Below are positions 32,322 to 44,843 of a DNA stretch of 54,126 nucleotides, piece after piece. The position numbers and the translations under genes were made by a program. The stretch comes from Oopsacas minuta (taxonomy: Eukaryota; Animalia; Porifera): assembly GCA_024704765.1 (NCBI GenBank), contig JAKMXF010000045.1:1-54126 (forward strand), given 5' to 3'. Under the pieces are notes generated by a model. The model did no database searches, had not been told where the DNA came from, and saw only the letters and a program-made list of their open reading frames with translations. Every line of letters starts with the position of its first letter. Positions within the stretch are counted from its first letter, which is position 1.

Positions 32322-34195
32322 GTGGGATGTTCCTATTATTTAATTTGGACTGTTTTGTTGTAAAATTATAATTCATATTATCCAGTAGAATATTTGCTAG
32401 CCAATGTGCTGCAAGAATTGCCTTACCTTTTGTATATGTAATACTTATGTATTTTGGATGCCGCACACGTTTAGATGTAATTATTATTTAAACTATCGCT
32501 TCGCTTGCTCATATGGGGCTCAGCATTTCGTGCCTCGAATTAAGCAGAGTATATAAGTAGCAACATATTCACAATACGTTAGTGATAAATTCATATTTGT
32601 AATCAGTGTAGCCGATTACCCCATACAGCTGTTACAGGTTTCTAGGATTAATTAGAAAATTATTTCCTTTATACGTATAGATATTATATGTATAATTGTA
32701 TAGTAATAAAGGCTAGATATAGGGATTTTTCTGCAATTATTAGTAGATTATACCTCTGGATGTACGCATTCACATGCAAGGTACTGTAATTGTTCGGAAG
32801 TACAACGGACGTTCAATAAGTTTTAAAATCTGGTTTGGGTAGTAAAAGAGATGGACCTCCACTAAATCCAAGGCCGGAATTCAGCGGCCAGGAGGTTCTT
32901 TATTCAATTTTTATGCGCAGGGTCCAGTGGCCTAGATTATTTCCTTAAGGGAAAATCAATCACTGTGGAGAATTTTATGCAACAATTACCTATCAGAAGT
33001 GGATAAACACTACTGGGAGCGAAAACCTAAGTCAGGACAAAGATAGCTAATGTTTTCGAGTTAACTGATGCCAAAGCCAAAAGTGCTAGAAGTATAACGA
33101 AGGGAAATTTATCCGTTCGAGTTAAACGGCATTCGAGATAGTCAACAGTATTTCTATGTAAACCGAATAATATAACGAGGGAAAATGAAAATTCGTTCGA
33201 GTTTAGGGACTATCGGATGTTGACTGTAATTATACTAATCTCTTGTTGTAAGAATACGCAGTACTAACCTCATCATTAGTTATTTAGCCCTAATTTAAGG
33301 TTCTAATAACACATTTGCCACACAAGAATATTATAGGGAATGTTGTGAGACAATTTCACTTTGTAAACGGGCCTTCTGATAAAAATTTGAAAACCATAAT
33401 CTATTGGGATAAATGAATAACCTGAGGAACAAATTAGTACCTATAAACATGAAATTTTTCATGAGGATGTGTAAAGTAACCTAGAGTGAAGAAAATTCTA
33501 TAGTCCTCCATTTCAATTGACACCCTAACAGCTACGGCCTCTCTGTATTACAAAATTCATGGAAATTTTGTAATGACCATCTATAAAATTTCTACTATTT
33601 TATACACTCGAGGCAAAAAGTGTATATTCTGTCGCAAAACGACCAAAAGTACTAAGACAATTAGCTGTTAAATACTTAAGCTAACCTGAGGCACTAAGCT
33701 GTCGCGTAGCGCCCTAATAAGCGAAGCGCGCTAGCATAATTAATGCCCATAGATATTATATTCCATTAACACACTTTATCATTTGTCAATTAAAAGAATG
33801 GCCATATGATGCTTGATAATTCAATGAATTCTCCAATCTATTGTTTATTATTTCGTTTTGAAGGCAAACAGTTTGAAAGATATTTAATTTATTATAATGT
33901 CAATTGATACTGCATACATTCCAGTTAATAATTCTCAGCCAAATTGTAATACAGTAGAATCCACTTGATAGAGCCAGATTACTCCCGTCACTTGGCCAGA
34001 AACAGAACCATACAAATAGTGTTAATTTAAGGATAACTCGGGAAACAAAATATAGTGCTTACTACCGATTTACGTCTTATCCGAATATCTTCTTATACAA
34101 TTAGTACAAAAATGCATAATCAGTTTTGCAGGAAAGTACGTACTAAACGAGTTCCACCGTAATCAACACCAAATCATACAACTATATTTTAAATC

Positions 34196-35269
34196 CTAAC
34201 GAAATCTGTAGTTAAACCGCGGATAGTAAATCTTGTCTTGATAGTCTCTGAGGAGAGGTCGAATTCTATCATTGATGTTACTGATGTTCCGTCTCTTCTT
34301 CCAATACTGTAGTATTATAGCAAGCATTAAGTATAGGTAATTCAGGTTAAAAGTAATCCTGTAAATCAACATGAAAATTTCTTGTAAATAATTTTTTTCT
34401 ACAAAACTCTTCAATTCAGGGCTGAAATGAATTTGTGGAAATAGTTTAAATAAATAAATAACTAAAGGAGGTTGAATTAATGCAATCCCTGCAAGCATAC
34501 GGGAGAGAAATGCAATGGTTATGAGTATAGCAGAAACTTTATAATGGATGCATAGGTATTTGCTCTCAAGATATTTATGTTTGTCTAAGAACAGCTGATT
34601 TCCTAATTCTCTCCCCTTCAAGAGAAGATAGAATTGTCTCGAGTAAATTATGTACATGCTGAGCTCAAATGACAAGAAGAAAGACTGTACTATGTAGTTA
34701 AGTACTTCAATGTTTGAATCTTCAATATACCCGTAGTTCATCTTGTTAATTATTGGCCCAACATGAATAAATGTAAGATATGCTATAATCTTCATTACCA
34801 TGTATGCTGTCCACTTCATTATATTGTACTTGTATGGTGTGTGGAGATAGACCAACCATAGCACTTTTGTAAATAAACATATGACAGGCAAAAGACAGAA
34901 CTGAGAAATCATTTTAATAACATACATTGAAGAAGATATTCTAGTGTCATCAGAACAAGTTATTTTAAGAAGTTCTAGTATTTCACAATGGTTTTGATAG
35001 ATAAAGCAAACTCTACTACCAATCTCTAATACGAGGATTAGTAGTATAAAATTTGTTATTAATGCTTTTACTTTCAAATTTTTGAGATGATTTTGGAAGG
35101 AGGGAAGCCACAATTGTTGAACAGTTATCGCCTTCATCTCTAAACGTAAATAATATTTCCTTCGAATATAATATATTAGAATGATGATGCAGAAGAAACA
35201 GAATGTTATCATGAGGCTATCAAAGCATAAGCCCAGTACAATTCCATAAGTATTGGAAGTTGAATTCAT
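34196..35269 (-). CDS. Intronless multi-pass (about seven TM) membrane protein, unknown family
   Basis: 357-aa ORF with seven hydrophobic segments and a basic C-tail. No DRY or NPxxY motif. A degraded paralog lies at ~39.6-40.6 kb. Confidence 0.75.
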   Translation of the reverse strand: MNSTSNTYGIVLGLCFDSLMITFCFFCIIILIYYIRRKYYLRLEMKAITVQQLWLPSFQNHLKNLKVKALITNFILLILVLEIGSRVCFIYQNHCEILELLKITCSDDTRISSSMYVIKMISQFCLLPVICLFTKVLWLVYLHTPYKYNIMKWTAYMVMKIIAYLTFIHVGPIINKMNYGYIEDSNIEVLNYIVQSFFLSFELSMYIIYSRQFYLLLKGRELGNQLFLDKHKYLESKYLCIHYKVSAILITIAFLSRMLAGIALIQPPLVIYLFKLFPQIHFSPELKSFVEKNYLQEIFMLIYRITFNLNYLYLMLAIILQYWKKRRNISNINDRIRPLLRDYQDKIYYPRFNYRFR

Positions 35270-35954
35270 TTCTATATTTCAAACAATAATTACCTAAGTA
35301 TCCTCATTTTATATGTGTACGTGTTATATATATATATATATCTCATGATCCCAGTTGTATTACTAATACATGTATGTAATTTTGTTATCAAATACTTGCA
35401 GTTGATAGCATTTCTAAAACTATGATCAATAATATTAATATATAATTGTGTTACTATTATTGTGGTAGTATATGAATAAGTAATTTAGATAAAATGCTGA
35501 TTGATATCATTTTATATTTATGGCGAAATATGTAATATTCCTGCGAGATATGCATACATGTAGTTATTGATAATATATTTATGTAATACTGTAGAATTAT
35601 ATCATTTGTCTGGACACAGGTGGTAGACTGATCCTGGGGAATATATCCCCTATTAATCATGGAAGGAATATTGAATCTCCGGATTGAAGGAGCTTTCAAT
35701 AAGGAGAAGTTTAAGTAAACCAAAATAGCGAATTTCGAACGCCTAACTCAACAGTTTTCATTTGGAGGTATCAGGGAGATTTTATATAATATATTTAATT
35801 TTAAATGTATTTATAGCTACAGTATCATTATGAGCTATCTTACATCTAGACCCTCTATTTGTAGGTCTATAAATTCCCATAGAATTTAATAATAGCAACA
35901 TTTTGTAGACCGAGAAAACCAATATCCATTTCTATTGGAATATACGTATCTGAT

Positions 35955-36560
35955 ATATTACGAGCCTTTGGCTCGTCGCTTCGCGATGAACTCGCAGCAT
36001 TACGTCTCGAGGTATCCATAATTCTCCAAATTGACTGCCCCTTTGAGTATTATAATATAGATATATTTAGTTTAATGTAATTCACAAATATACGTAAATG
36101 ACATAAATGTTATTGAATTATTTTGCAAGATCAACCCCCTTTGTAGCCATTGAGAGCAAGTATCTACGTAAATTTTGAGATTTTGCTTAATTGTTTCCTT
36201 TATATTCATAAAAACAACAATAAATTTACATATCAAAGGAACAACAAACAAACAATGCCATATTCGGACTCAGCATACTTGATTACCCAGTATAGTCGTT
36301 GAAGGTATGATTCTACTTCAATTTTGGAATTTGTTTACTTTATAGTCATAAAAACAACAATAAATTTACATATGATTAATCCAAAAGTGTGAAAATCGGA
36401 TTCAGCATGTTCGATATGTTTAGTGCAGTTTTATTGAATTCTATTTACTTCCTTGATAAACACGATAAATGCATAGTTATGCGACAATTTCATATTGTAT
36501 ACCGTAAATCCTTTCCTTTGACAATGGACAAACAAACAACAATTGAGATTTAAAAAATCT
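35955..36560 (-). mobile_element. Long copy of family A (Helentron/HINE-like)
   Basis: Inverted homolog of 38995-39420, with an extra internal segment homologous to 27090-27260. Terminal GACGAGCC-AAA-GGCTCGT hairpin. Confidence 0.7.
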
Positions 36561-36599
36561 AGATTATCATTTGTATTTTAATGAATTGGGCTCGTTGTT

Positions 36600-36960
36600 G
36601 GCAAATAGACTCAAATGGATATTCAAAGAGTTACATTGTTTGAATATCTAGTATTAGTGGAGCATCTAGTCTACTGAGTGATGCTATTTAACTGAAGACA
36701 GGCACAATTTTCATTTTTCGGACATCTGGAAACGAAATTAGCGAGCAAGATAGTGCATTATTTCTCGGACAATCCATAATAGGTAACACAGCATATGTTA
36801 TAATACAGGGGATTTCCATCGGAATGAGTGCATTGTGCTCACAAGCATACGGGGCTAAGAATCACAAATTAGTTGGCATCTACTTTCTTTGGGGAACATA
36901 TTTTTCTGTGGTTTGGCAATGATAGTACTACTTTATTACATACGTAGGAGGTACCTATTG
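36600..36960 (+). pseudogene. MATE (SLC47-like) transporter fragment
   Basis: FLGQSIIGNTAYVIIQGISIGMSALCSQAYGAKNHKLVGIYF resembles the MATE 'TLCSQAYGAKN.KLVG' motif. Flanking frames contain stops. Confidence 0.6.
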
Positions 36961-36987
36961 CATTTAGAAATCAAAGAAATCACTTAC

Positions 36988-37386
36988 TAGAGATGCCTCC
37001 GATATGAAAATTTCCCATCCGGCTTCTAATTTTCCGGTTATCCGGCCGGATACCGGATACCTTTGTTAAATATTTGGGTACTCCCCCTAGCTCAGTATAT
37101 AGTGAAAGATTATTTAGTAGTGCTGGAATTGTATTTGAAGAAAGGCGCAACAGATTGTTACCTGAGAAGGAGAGCATCTCTTTATTCAGAAAAATTTAGG
37201 ATAATTGGATTTCCATTATTAGTGTCTCGATAGGTTTGTTATAGCACAGTATATCTAGGACTAGACATTTGAGTTACTGTAGGTAGATTACATTAAATCA
37301 TGCGTTTTGTCTATATATAGTTTTATCCGGCACATCAATGAAATTGGCCGGATACCGAATAGAACCGGATATCCTGTGCATCTCTA
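36988..37386 (+). mobile_element. hAT deletion derivative
   Basis: TIRs TAGAGATGC / GCATCTCTA with TSD TCACTTAC / TCACCTAC. Internal plus-strand remnant PSSVYSERLFSSAG. Confidence 0.8.
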
Positions 37387-37718
37387 TCACCTACGAACAA
37401 TTGTGGCTCACTCACTTCCAAAATCGTTTAAAAAATTTACAAATTAAAGCAATGATATTTGGGGAAAGAGTTTATAAACAAGATTATTATATTATAAAAT
37501 GAGTAAGCGTAAGAGTTTTCCAAAAGGGACGAGTTGATAATATATATTAGTTGACTGTCTCCCCGCCCCTGTTATGTGTACGGATATAATTCTAGTATGA
37601 ACACTTCACCATAACAATAGAAATGTTTCTAAACAAAAACTTTTACCTAAGTACTGTTACTTATTAAGGTAATCACATAGCATAATGAGATCACTTGTCT
37701 TGTTCTCTGTCAGGATCT

Positions 37719-38738
37719 TTAATCTTCTAAAATCCTAGCTACGATAAAGAAGATTAGAACACCCAAAGAAATAAGTAAGGCGACCCCCGAGATAGAAGCA
37801 ATTATTATATAGCTGTAGAGATCTGTACGTGAACAACTCCAGGATAAGTCAACAGATACATTGAGAGATTGAGAAGAAGGGGTTGAGTTAGATAACAAAT
37901 ATTCTGTTTCATATGTTATAGTGAAAGATACATACTTAACTGCATTATTTTCGCTGTAGTAAGGTGGTGTCTCTGTGGGTACAGGGAGAAAGCACCGTGT
38001 AGACAATTCAGATAATGTGCATTGTTCTAGAATCTCAGATAAATCAAGATCGTACTTACGAACAGTTGCTTTGAGGGTAACAATAAGGGTTGAGGGTGTA
38101 GGAGTCGATTCAAAAACAAAATACAACCAATCATCAGATATTACAGATGAACTAACCATGCATCCTGAGACAGATAGTAAGCAATTACTGTCTAGCTCAT
38201 AACTGTTAAGAACGTTGATATTATTGCTAGTTATATCATTGGATAATTTGCTGAATCCTGTCGTGTCATAGACTGATATAGTTATGGATAATGAATCAAT
38301 GGAAATGTTAGCAGACCGTACATACAAGATAATTTCATCTCCTTCCGATACAGGTACACCATAGTATGTCAACTGATCGGGAGCATAGCCTACCTCTAGG
38401 GTATGGTTTGTGAGTATTTCTTCTAAGTTCTTAGTTATAACAATACTATCTACCTTTGTTAGATAGGCTGAGGTTATAGTGTTTGGAGTAAAGCTATTCA
38501 CTTCTATATGATAACAAATCTCTCCGGGGTAGCTAATACGCTTATCTCCACCCGGTATTACCGAGAAGTTATCCGGGTGGTTGCGAGGGTTTACGATAAC
38601 TTGTAGAATGACAAACAATACAATTATAAACGCTTGCAATAAACATAATGCAATAAAGAGTATGATACAAAAATTGGAAAATTTCATTTGTATTACTCCA
38701 CTAGATAATAAGATATCTTTATTCTCATAGGTTGACAT
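37719..38738 (-). CDS. Membrane protein with N- and C-terminal TM helices and a luminal/extracellular beta-rich domain (possibly related to the APD1-type ectodomain family)
   Basis: 339-aa intronless ORF with two hydrophobic segments and N-glycosylation sequons. The family guess rests only on the PG..R.ISY start pattern and is weak. Confidence 0.7.
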   Translation of the reverse strand: MSTYENKDILLSSGVIQMKFSNFCIILFIALCLLQAFIIVLFVILQVIVNPRNHPDNFSVIPGGDKRISYPGEICYHIEVNSFTPNTITSAYLTKVDSIVITKNLEEILTNHTLEVGYAPDQLTYYGVPVSEGDEIILYVRSANISIDSLSITISVYDTTGFSKLSNDITSNNINVLNSYELDSNCLLSVSGCMVSSSVISDDWLYFVFESTPTPSTLIVTLKATVRKYDLDLSEILEQCTLSELSTRCFLPVPTETPPYYSENNAVKYVSFTITYETEYLLSNSTPSSQSLNVSVDLSWSCSRTDLYSYIIIASISGVALLISLGVLIFFIVARILED

Positions 38739-38994
38739 ATTTATATCTTTGTAAGTATTGACCTATTTAAGTTCAATATAGTTTACTTTACATCAAGTCG
38801 TTACTATTTTATTGATTTGGTGGCGGATAGACAATTACAAGTATTGCAGCAGATTGTTGAAGAATTAGCAAAAGTATTGAAACTGCAAATGGTGAGCAAA
38901 TACATCTCCATCAGACGCAAAAGAAGCATACGTGTGCAGAAAATAATTAATTAAATAAGAACTGCAATGTCGTTGGTTCGAAGTCAATCTATAT

Positions 38995-39420
38995 TACTGA
39001 ATCTCAATTGTTGTCTGTCTGTGTTTGTTTGTCCGTTGTCAAGGAAAGGATTTACGGTATGCAATTTTGAAATTGTCGCACAACTATGTATTTATCGTGT
39101 TCACCAAGGAAGTAAAAGAATTCAATGAAACAGCAGTAAATATATCGAACAGGCTGAATCCGATTTTCACACTTTTGGATCAATCATATGTAAATTTATT
39201 GTTGTTTTTTATGAATATAAAGTAAACAAATTTCAAAATTGATATAGAATCATACTTTCAACGACTATACTGGGATAATCGAGTATGCTGAGTCTGAATA
39301 TTATAAACAACATCAATATTATTAAATCTTAATTGTTGTTTGCCTGTTTATTTGCCCGTTGAATACCTTGAGGCCCAATTCACTGAGTTCATCGCGAAGC
39401 GACGAGCCAAAGACTCGTAA
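38995..39420 (+). mobile_element. Copy of family A (Helentron/HINE-like)
   Basis: 5' (GTCT/GTTT)n tract, conserved core, and 3' GAGTTCATCGCGAAGCGACGAGCCAAAGACTCGT. Confidence 0.7.
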
Positions 39421-39518
39421 CTCATGATATTAGTAAATATTTTGAAGCTATTATCACGTTTCACAAATATGTACGTTGAACCACACATTCCAAATCTAGA
39501 AAATATTTCAAGTCGAAG

Positions 39519-39595
39519 AACAATTACAATTTCAGACTCCTATGTAGTTATTATACATAATAATAACTACATAGGAGTCTAAAATTGTAATTGTT
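39519..39595. repeat. Near-perfect hairpin (36-bp arms, 1 mismatch, 5-nt loop)
   Basis: AACAATTACAATTTCAGACTCCTATGTAGTTATTAT-ACATA-ATAATAACTACATAGGAGTCTAAAATTGTAATTGTT. Confidence 0.9.
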
Positions 39596-39599
39596 AAAT

Positions 39600-40621
39600 A
39601 GAGAAACTCATTATCCATATACCGTGTTCGTATTAACCGCAGCTGTGTCTATCAAGGCGTTTAGAGTTGTTGAGGCAGAATCTTCATGAATTAGCTAGAA
39701 ATGAGGATCTGTTTATTTCGACTGTGTCTCTGAAAGATTTTTGTATTTGTAATACGCGAGAGAATTGTAATTTTAATAATTATCCCACGAGTTGACTTAA
39801 TCCATATATATTCTCGTTTCTATTGATACTTAGAAGTGAGACAGGGTTTGTCATAATCATTTTGTTTGTTGATATATCAAAGAACTTTATTTCTTTAAAG
39901 AATTATATATTCTTTTGGTTACTGTATTTAGTATATTACAGAATACTTTGGTTACCATTACAAGTAGAAACAGTATTTGTGTATAGCTATGTACCAATTC
40001 TGTGTTCTCTTTTTGAAAGTCCTATTGCTGGTATCTCTGCATTCTCCATACGAATACACTATCTTGAGATGGATACCTTGCATTCTATTCAGGATACTGG
40101 CACTATCTCTTATGGATGAATTCCAATACTTTTGGAAGCGTGATAATCCTGAAAGTGAATTAAGGTCGGTACTATACCCCTCTCTACAGACAGTAATACA
40201 TATATTTGATCTTGTTGCTTACTTGAAATATATTCTCTGACGAAGATAGCTACCTCGAAAAGAAATCTGTTCGTATACACTTTGAAGTTGCTACTCTATT
40301 GGGTTCTATAGCGTTCTTCATGTATATTTTCAAGGTAATACCCTCAATTTATCCAGAACGGTTGAAATATTATTCCATGAATTTCCTATTGTATTTCCAA
40401 GGAATATCCGTGATGTAAATGATGCTTCATTGGTACGAGTAAACTTTCTTGTTCATTACAAAACTCTACTGGACCTGAACTATCTGTATGTTCTTGTAGT
40501 TATTCTATACAAGTATTGCAAACAGAAACTTCAACTGAATAGAGTCAACACTAAAATTCATCCCTTGGTCAGGAAATATCAAGAAGACAGAAAATCCATG
40601 ACTTTTCTCATTGTTAGATAA
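39600..40621 (+). pseudogene. Frameshifted paralog of the 7TM gene at 34196-35269
   Basis: KVLLLVSLHSPYEYTILRW vs KVLWLVYLHTPYKYNIMKW; LNYLYVLVVILYKYCK...IHPLVRKYQ vs LNYLYLMLAIILQYWK...IRPLLRDYQ. Confidence 0.8.
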
Positions 40622-41155
40622 TTATTCACTAACTAATATATTGTCATAAGTTTGACCTGTAACGTGAGTTATTTGTACATATATTTTACCGCCTAATTTG
40701 CACATAGTTATATTATTTTACAACGCTTACCATACTCGCTGCAACAATGTTGCATCATGTATGGTGTGTTTGATACTTGTGTTGAATAAGCTTGAATATA
40801 ATGATTCTTGGTTTGAGAACGAATCAAAATATTTATTCACATGATGGAGCAAGTACTTTTCACATGTATAAGTACATCTATTCATTAACTAGAAAAATGT
40901 ATTTTCTTATCATTTGTATATTCAGCACATCTACTAATTCAGTAAAAAATCATATGCAGTACTTGTAATGTCTATTTGCCGCCTAATTAATAAAATACTA
41001 ACGACTTGATTGTAAAGTGGAAACAACCATTAATCCAAATAGGAAACAACCATTAATCCAAATAGGCTAACACGTTACAAAGATAGATATATATTTGTAT
41101 ATTTATAAAGATAAATTATTATTTGATTATCTGAGAGAGCAATACAAAATTAGAA

Positions 41156-42304
41156 ATGAATAAATCCACTATCTGTATTATCACCTTTATTGCATTATGT
41201 TTAGTGTAAGCTTTTATAATTGTATTGTTTGTCATTCTACAAGTTATCGTAAACCCTCCCAACCATCCGGATAACTTCTCGGTAATACCGGGTGGAGTTA
41301 AGCGTATTAGCTACCCCGGAGAGAATTGTCGTCATATAAAAGTGAATAGCTTTACTCCAAACACTATAACCTCAGCCTATCTAACAAAGGTAGATAGTAT
41401 TGTTATAACTAAGAACTTAGAAGAAATACTCACAAACCATACCCTAGAGGTAGGCTATGCTCCCGATCAGTTGACATACTATGGTGTACCTGTATCGGAA
41501 GGAGATGAAATTATCTTGTATGTACGGTCTGCTAACATTTCCATTGATTCATTATCCATAACTATATCAGTCTATGACACGACAGGATTCAGCAAATTAT
41601 CCAATGATATAACTAGCAATAATATCAACGTTCTTAACAGTTATGAGCTAGACAGTAATTGCTTACTATCTGTCTCAGGATGCATGGTTAGTTCATCTGT
41701 AATATCTGATGATTGGTTGTATTTTGTTTTTGAATCGACTCCTACACCCTCAACCCTTGTTGTTACCCTCAAAGCAACTGTTCGTAAGTACGATCTTGAT
41801 TTATCTGAGATTCTAGAACAATGCACATTATCTGAATTGTCTACACGGTGCTTACTAATACATTCCGAAAGCAAAAATATGACTGATTTACCTTTCACTA
41901 TAACATATGTAACAGAATATTTGTTATCTAACTCAATCCCTTCTTCTCAATCTCTTAATGTATCTGTGGACCTATCCTGGAGTTGTTTTCGTATAGATAT
42001 CTACGACTATATAATAGTTTCTTCTGCCTTTGGGTCCACCTTACTCTGTTCCTTATGCTATCTAATCTTACTTATCAGGATTAAAATTTCAAACGAACAT
42101 GGATCCTATACAGTCAAAAATCCACGAAATTGTGACCAAACTCTAAGAACAAGTTTCCAGTTAGAAAATTCTAGTAGAGTGGAAATAGCCTTTGGTGGAG
42201 AATTAGACGTGGCTTCCTATATAACAAGAGAAGATGTCCCTCCTTCTTACCAAGAAATACAAATCATGGATGATAAGAGAGAAATAGAGAAAGAGATCCA
42301 TTGA
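41156..42304 (+). pseudogene. Inverted paralog of 37719-38738 with a nonsense codon (TAA 41207-41209) in its N-terminal anchor
   Basis: The central ~650 bp are almost identical to copy 1. ATG 41156 is in frame with ORF 41225-42304. TAA occupies the CAA(Q) position of copy 1. The C-terminus is longer and different. Confidence 0.7.
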
Positions 42305-44843
42305 CATGTGATTAATAGTAGCAGTAATTATGTAAACTTGGTTACAGACTGCAGGAACTTTTCTATCGTAAGGCTGACTTGTTCATGTTAGAATGTTATG
42401 TATGCTAAATTTCGCCTCTATTTTCAATTAGACTAAACAGGGGGTCGGAAGCTTACCAAAAGTAGAGCAGCCATTGTCATTATATTAGGGTAAAGAGTGC
42501 ATGGACTTGTGTCACACAACAAAATTGGTCCGGCCTAGATTTGTTATAGAAAGTAGAGTGAAATCATCAATGACAGACAGGACAAGATAACGCCAGGTTC
42601 GTTAGCTAATTTGATAAAAATGCGAAATGCTCTGCCAGTAACGCCAAAAGTTCAAATCCTCGCGTCAAATAGTGATGGAGGTAAATAACAGGTTAAGGCT
42701 GCTAAATTTGGTTTAGCCGAGGGATCATTATAAATATGGTCATCCTAATTTACTGAATGGAATGGACAAGTTTTCTTGAAGATATTTCAAATTTTGTGTT
42801 TGTTTGTTGCACATTTGGCATTGTAAATCACGGAACAATCTATCATGACGGCTGTCAAACATTTGTTCTGACATTTCACTTCTGCGGTAACCAATTTTCT
42901 TAATTTTGTAGCGAAGTCTATCTAGTAATACCTTCAACTACTTTTCACCATTAAAATTGTGAATATTATATGGACCAACCTACGGCTGGATAATTACTTC
43001 CCTCTAGCCAAGGAAAGAAGATCGAAAATTAGAGAGGGAAACTTTCCAGGGGAAAATACTTTAATTGTAAAATGGATACAAATATGAAATATTGGTTGCT
43101 ATCAACGTGAAATGTCTAAGCAAATGCTTGACAACTGTTGTTCTACATTATTCTGTGATTTTTAAGGTCTAATATGTGTTAAGCGACAAATTTTAAATTC
43201 ATTCAAAAAAAACATGTCGGTTCCGTACCATGAATTAGGGAGACCCTCAAAAATGCATCATAAAATACGAACACTTATTGTATTTATACGAATATTTATC
43301 CTAAAACTTCTAATTGTTGTATGTATTTTGGAATTTTCGTTCACTATTCTTCCTCAAGTCAGGAGTTTTATCTAGATTAGTACGGGCTCATTCATGAGGA
43401 GTTACCAGGATGTTAACATACAAATTGACTGTTGCATTGGTGGTTTCCTTGTATTACACTTTCGGTTATTTTACATATATAATGTTTTCAAATTTAGGTA
43501 TCCTAAATTCTATCATTCAATCGTTTTCCACTATTCTCCACATTCATTTACTTCACAGATATCCGTAATCTAGAGTCCGGTCCGAATTCGTTCGACCGGT
43601 ATATTTCTTAGGCGAGTTCGAATAATTATTGCGCCAATCCAATTTGATACATTGTTCCCATCACCCTCCTGTATTTTGGGGCCGCATCGATTTCTTTATT
43701 ATTTCATATTTTATTCAGAATTTGACGGTTTTTCTCAAGCTTACAATTCAAAATATTCCATTCTATGATAAACGTCTGGAAAATATCTTTGGCCACTACA
43801 ATTCAGAAATTTCTTAGTCTTAAGCTTGTCTGGCTTTGATACTGTCCGGTCGGGAAATATTACGGACCGTTGTAACTCTGCCGTAATCCCATTCTAATTG
43901 GTTTCGGGCATAAAACGGTATTTCACATATCCGAAGAAAAGTTGGGTGAATTTGAAAAATTCAAGTTGACAGACTAGGAGAGCAAGCACAGTTCCAGCGG
44001 ATTCAGTGCCGCTTAAAAAAATGAAGAGCTCATAATGCTCTGCGCGTTAGAAGATAATTACATTACGTTCGAACAGACTTTATAAACCAACGAATTTGCG
44101 AAAAGCAGTTTCAGTTTGAGGAAGTGACGAAGGTTAGGGAAATCCCAAAAATCGGGTAACATAAATAGACGCGAGAGGGCAGCAATAATTACATTCACTG
44201 CACTGGATTGAGGTAACGAAACTACTCAAATAAGACCAATTGTATCACAAAATCATAAGATATCTCCTTCATCCATTGTTCTTCTTTCTATCTCCTAAGC
44301 CAGCTTACTCTTCATAGTCTTCAATACAAGTTTGTGGTAAAATACTTCTGTGACAGACTACAAATAACCAACAGATTATCACATCAACACCATGTTGTAG
44401 CTCTGCTATAATAAATAGAAAACAGCATGACATATACGATATCAATATAATCTACTAGACCCATAGCTATAGTTGAAGAGAGAATAAATATCAGTGACAG
44501 AAGACTTGTAATGCGAATGTATTGAATGTAGTTTCCTTACGTTTTTATAGCAACAGAGAAGCAGAAATAGGCCTAACATTATCCATCTAATTCCTACAGT
44601 GAACACACAAATCCCTTGCGTGAGTTGAATCTGATTCTGTGTTGCTAATGCGTTATTGTTTATTTTATTATTTTGTATATTATTTATATTTTTATTGAAT
44701 AATATTGTTTATATTTTGATGGCTAATTTACTTTCTACTCATGAAAGTTTATAGAATTATTTTATCAGAGTCCTGTTAGTTAGCATTTGATTCTGCTATC
44801 TAACTTCCAGCCCAGTACTATATCAAGCCTGACCTATAAAAGG

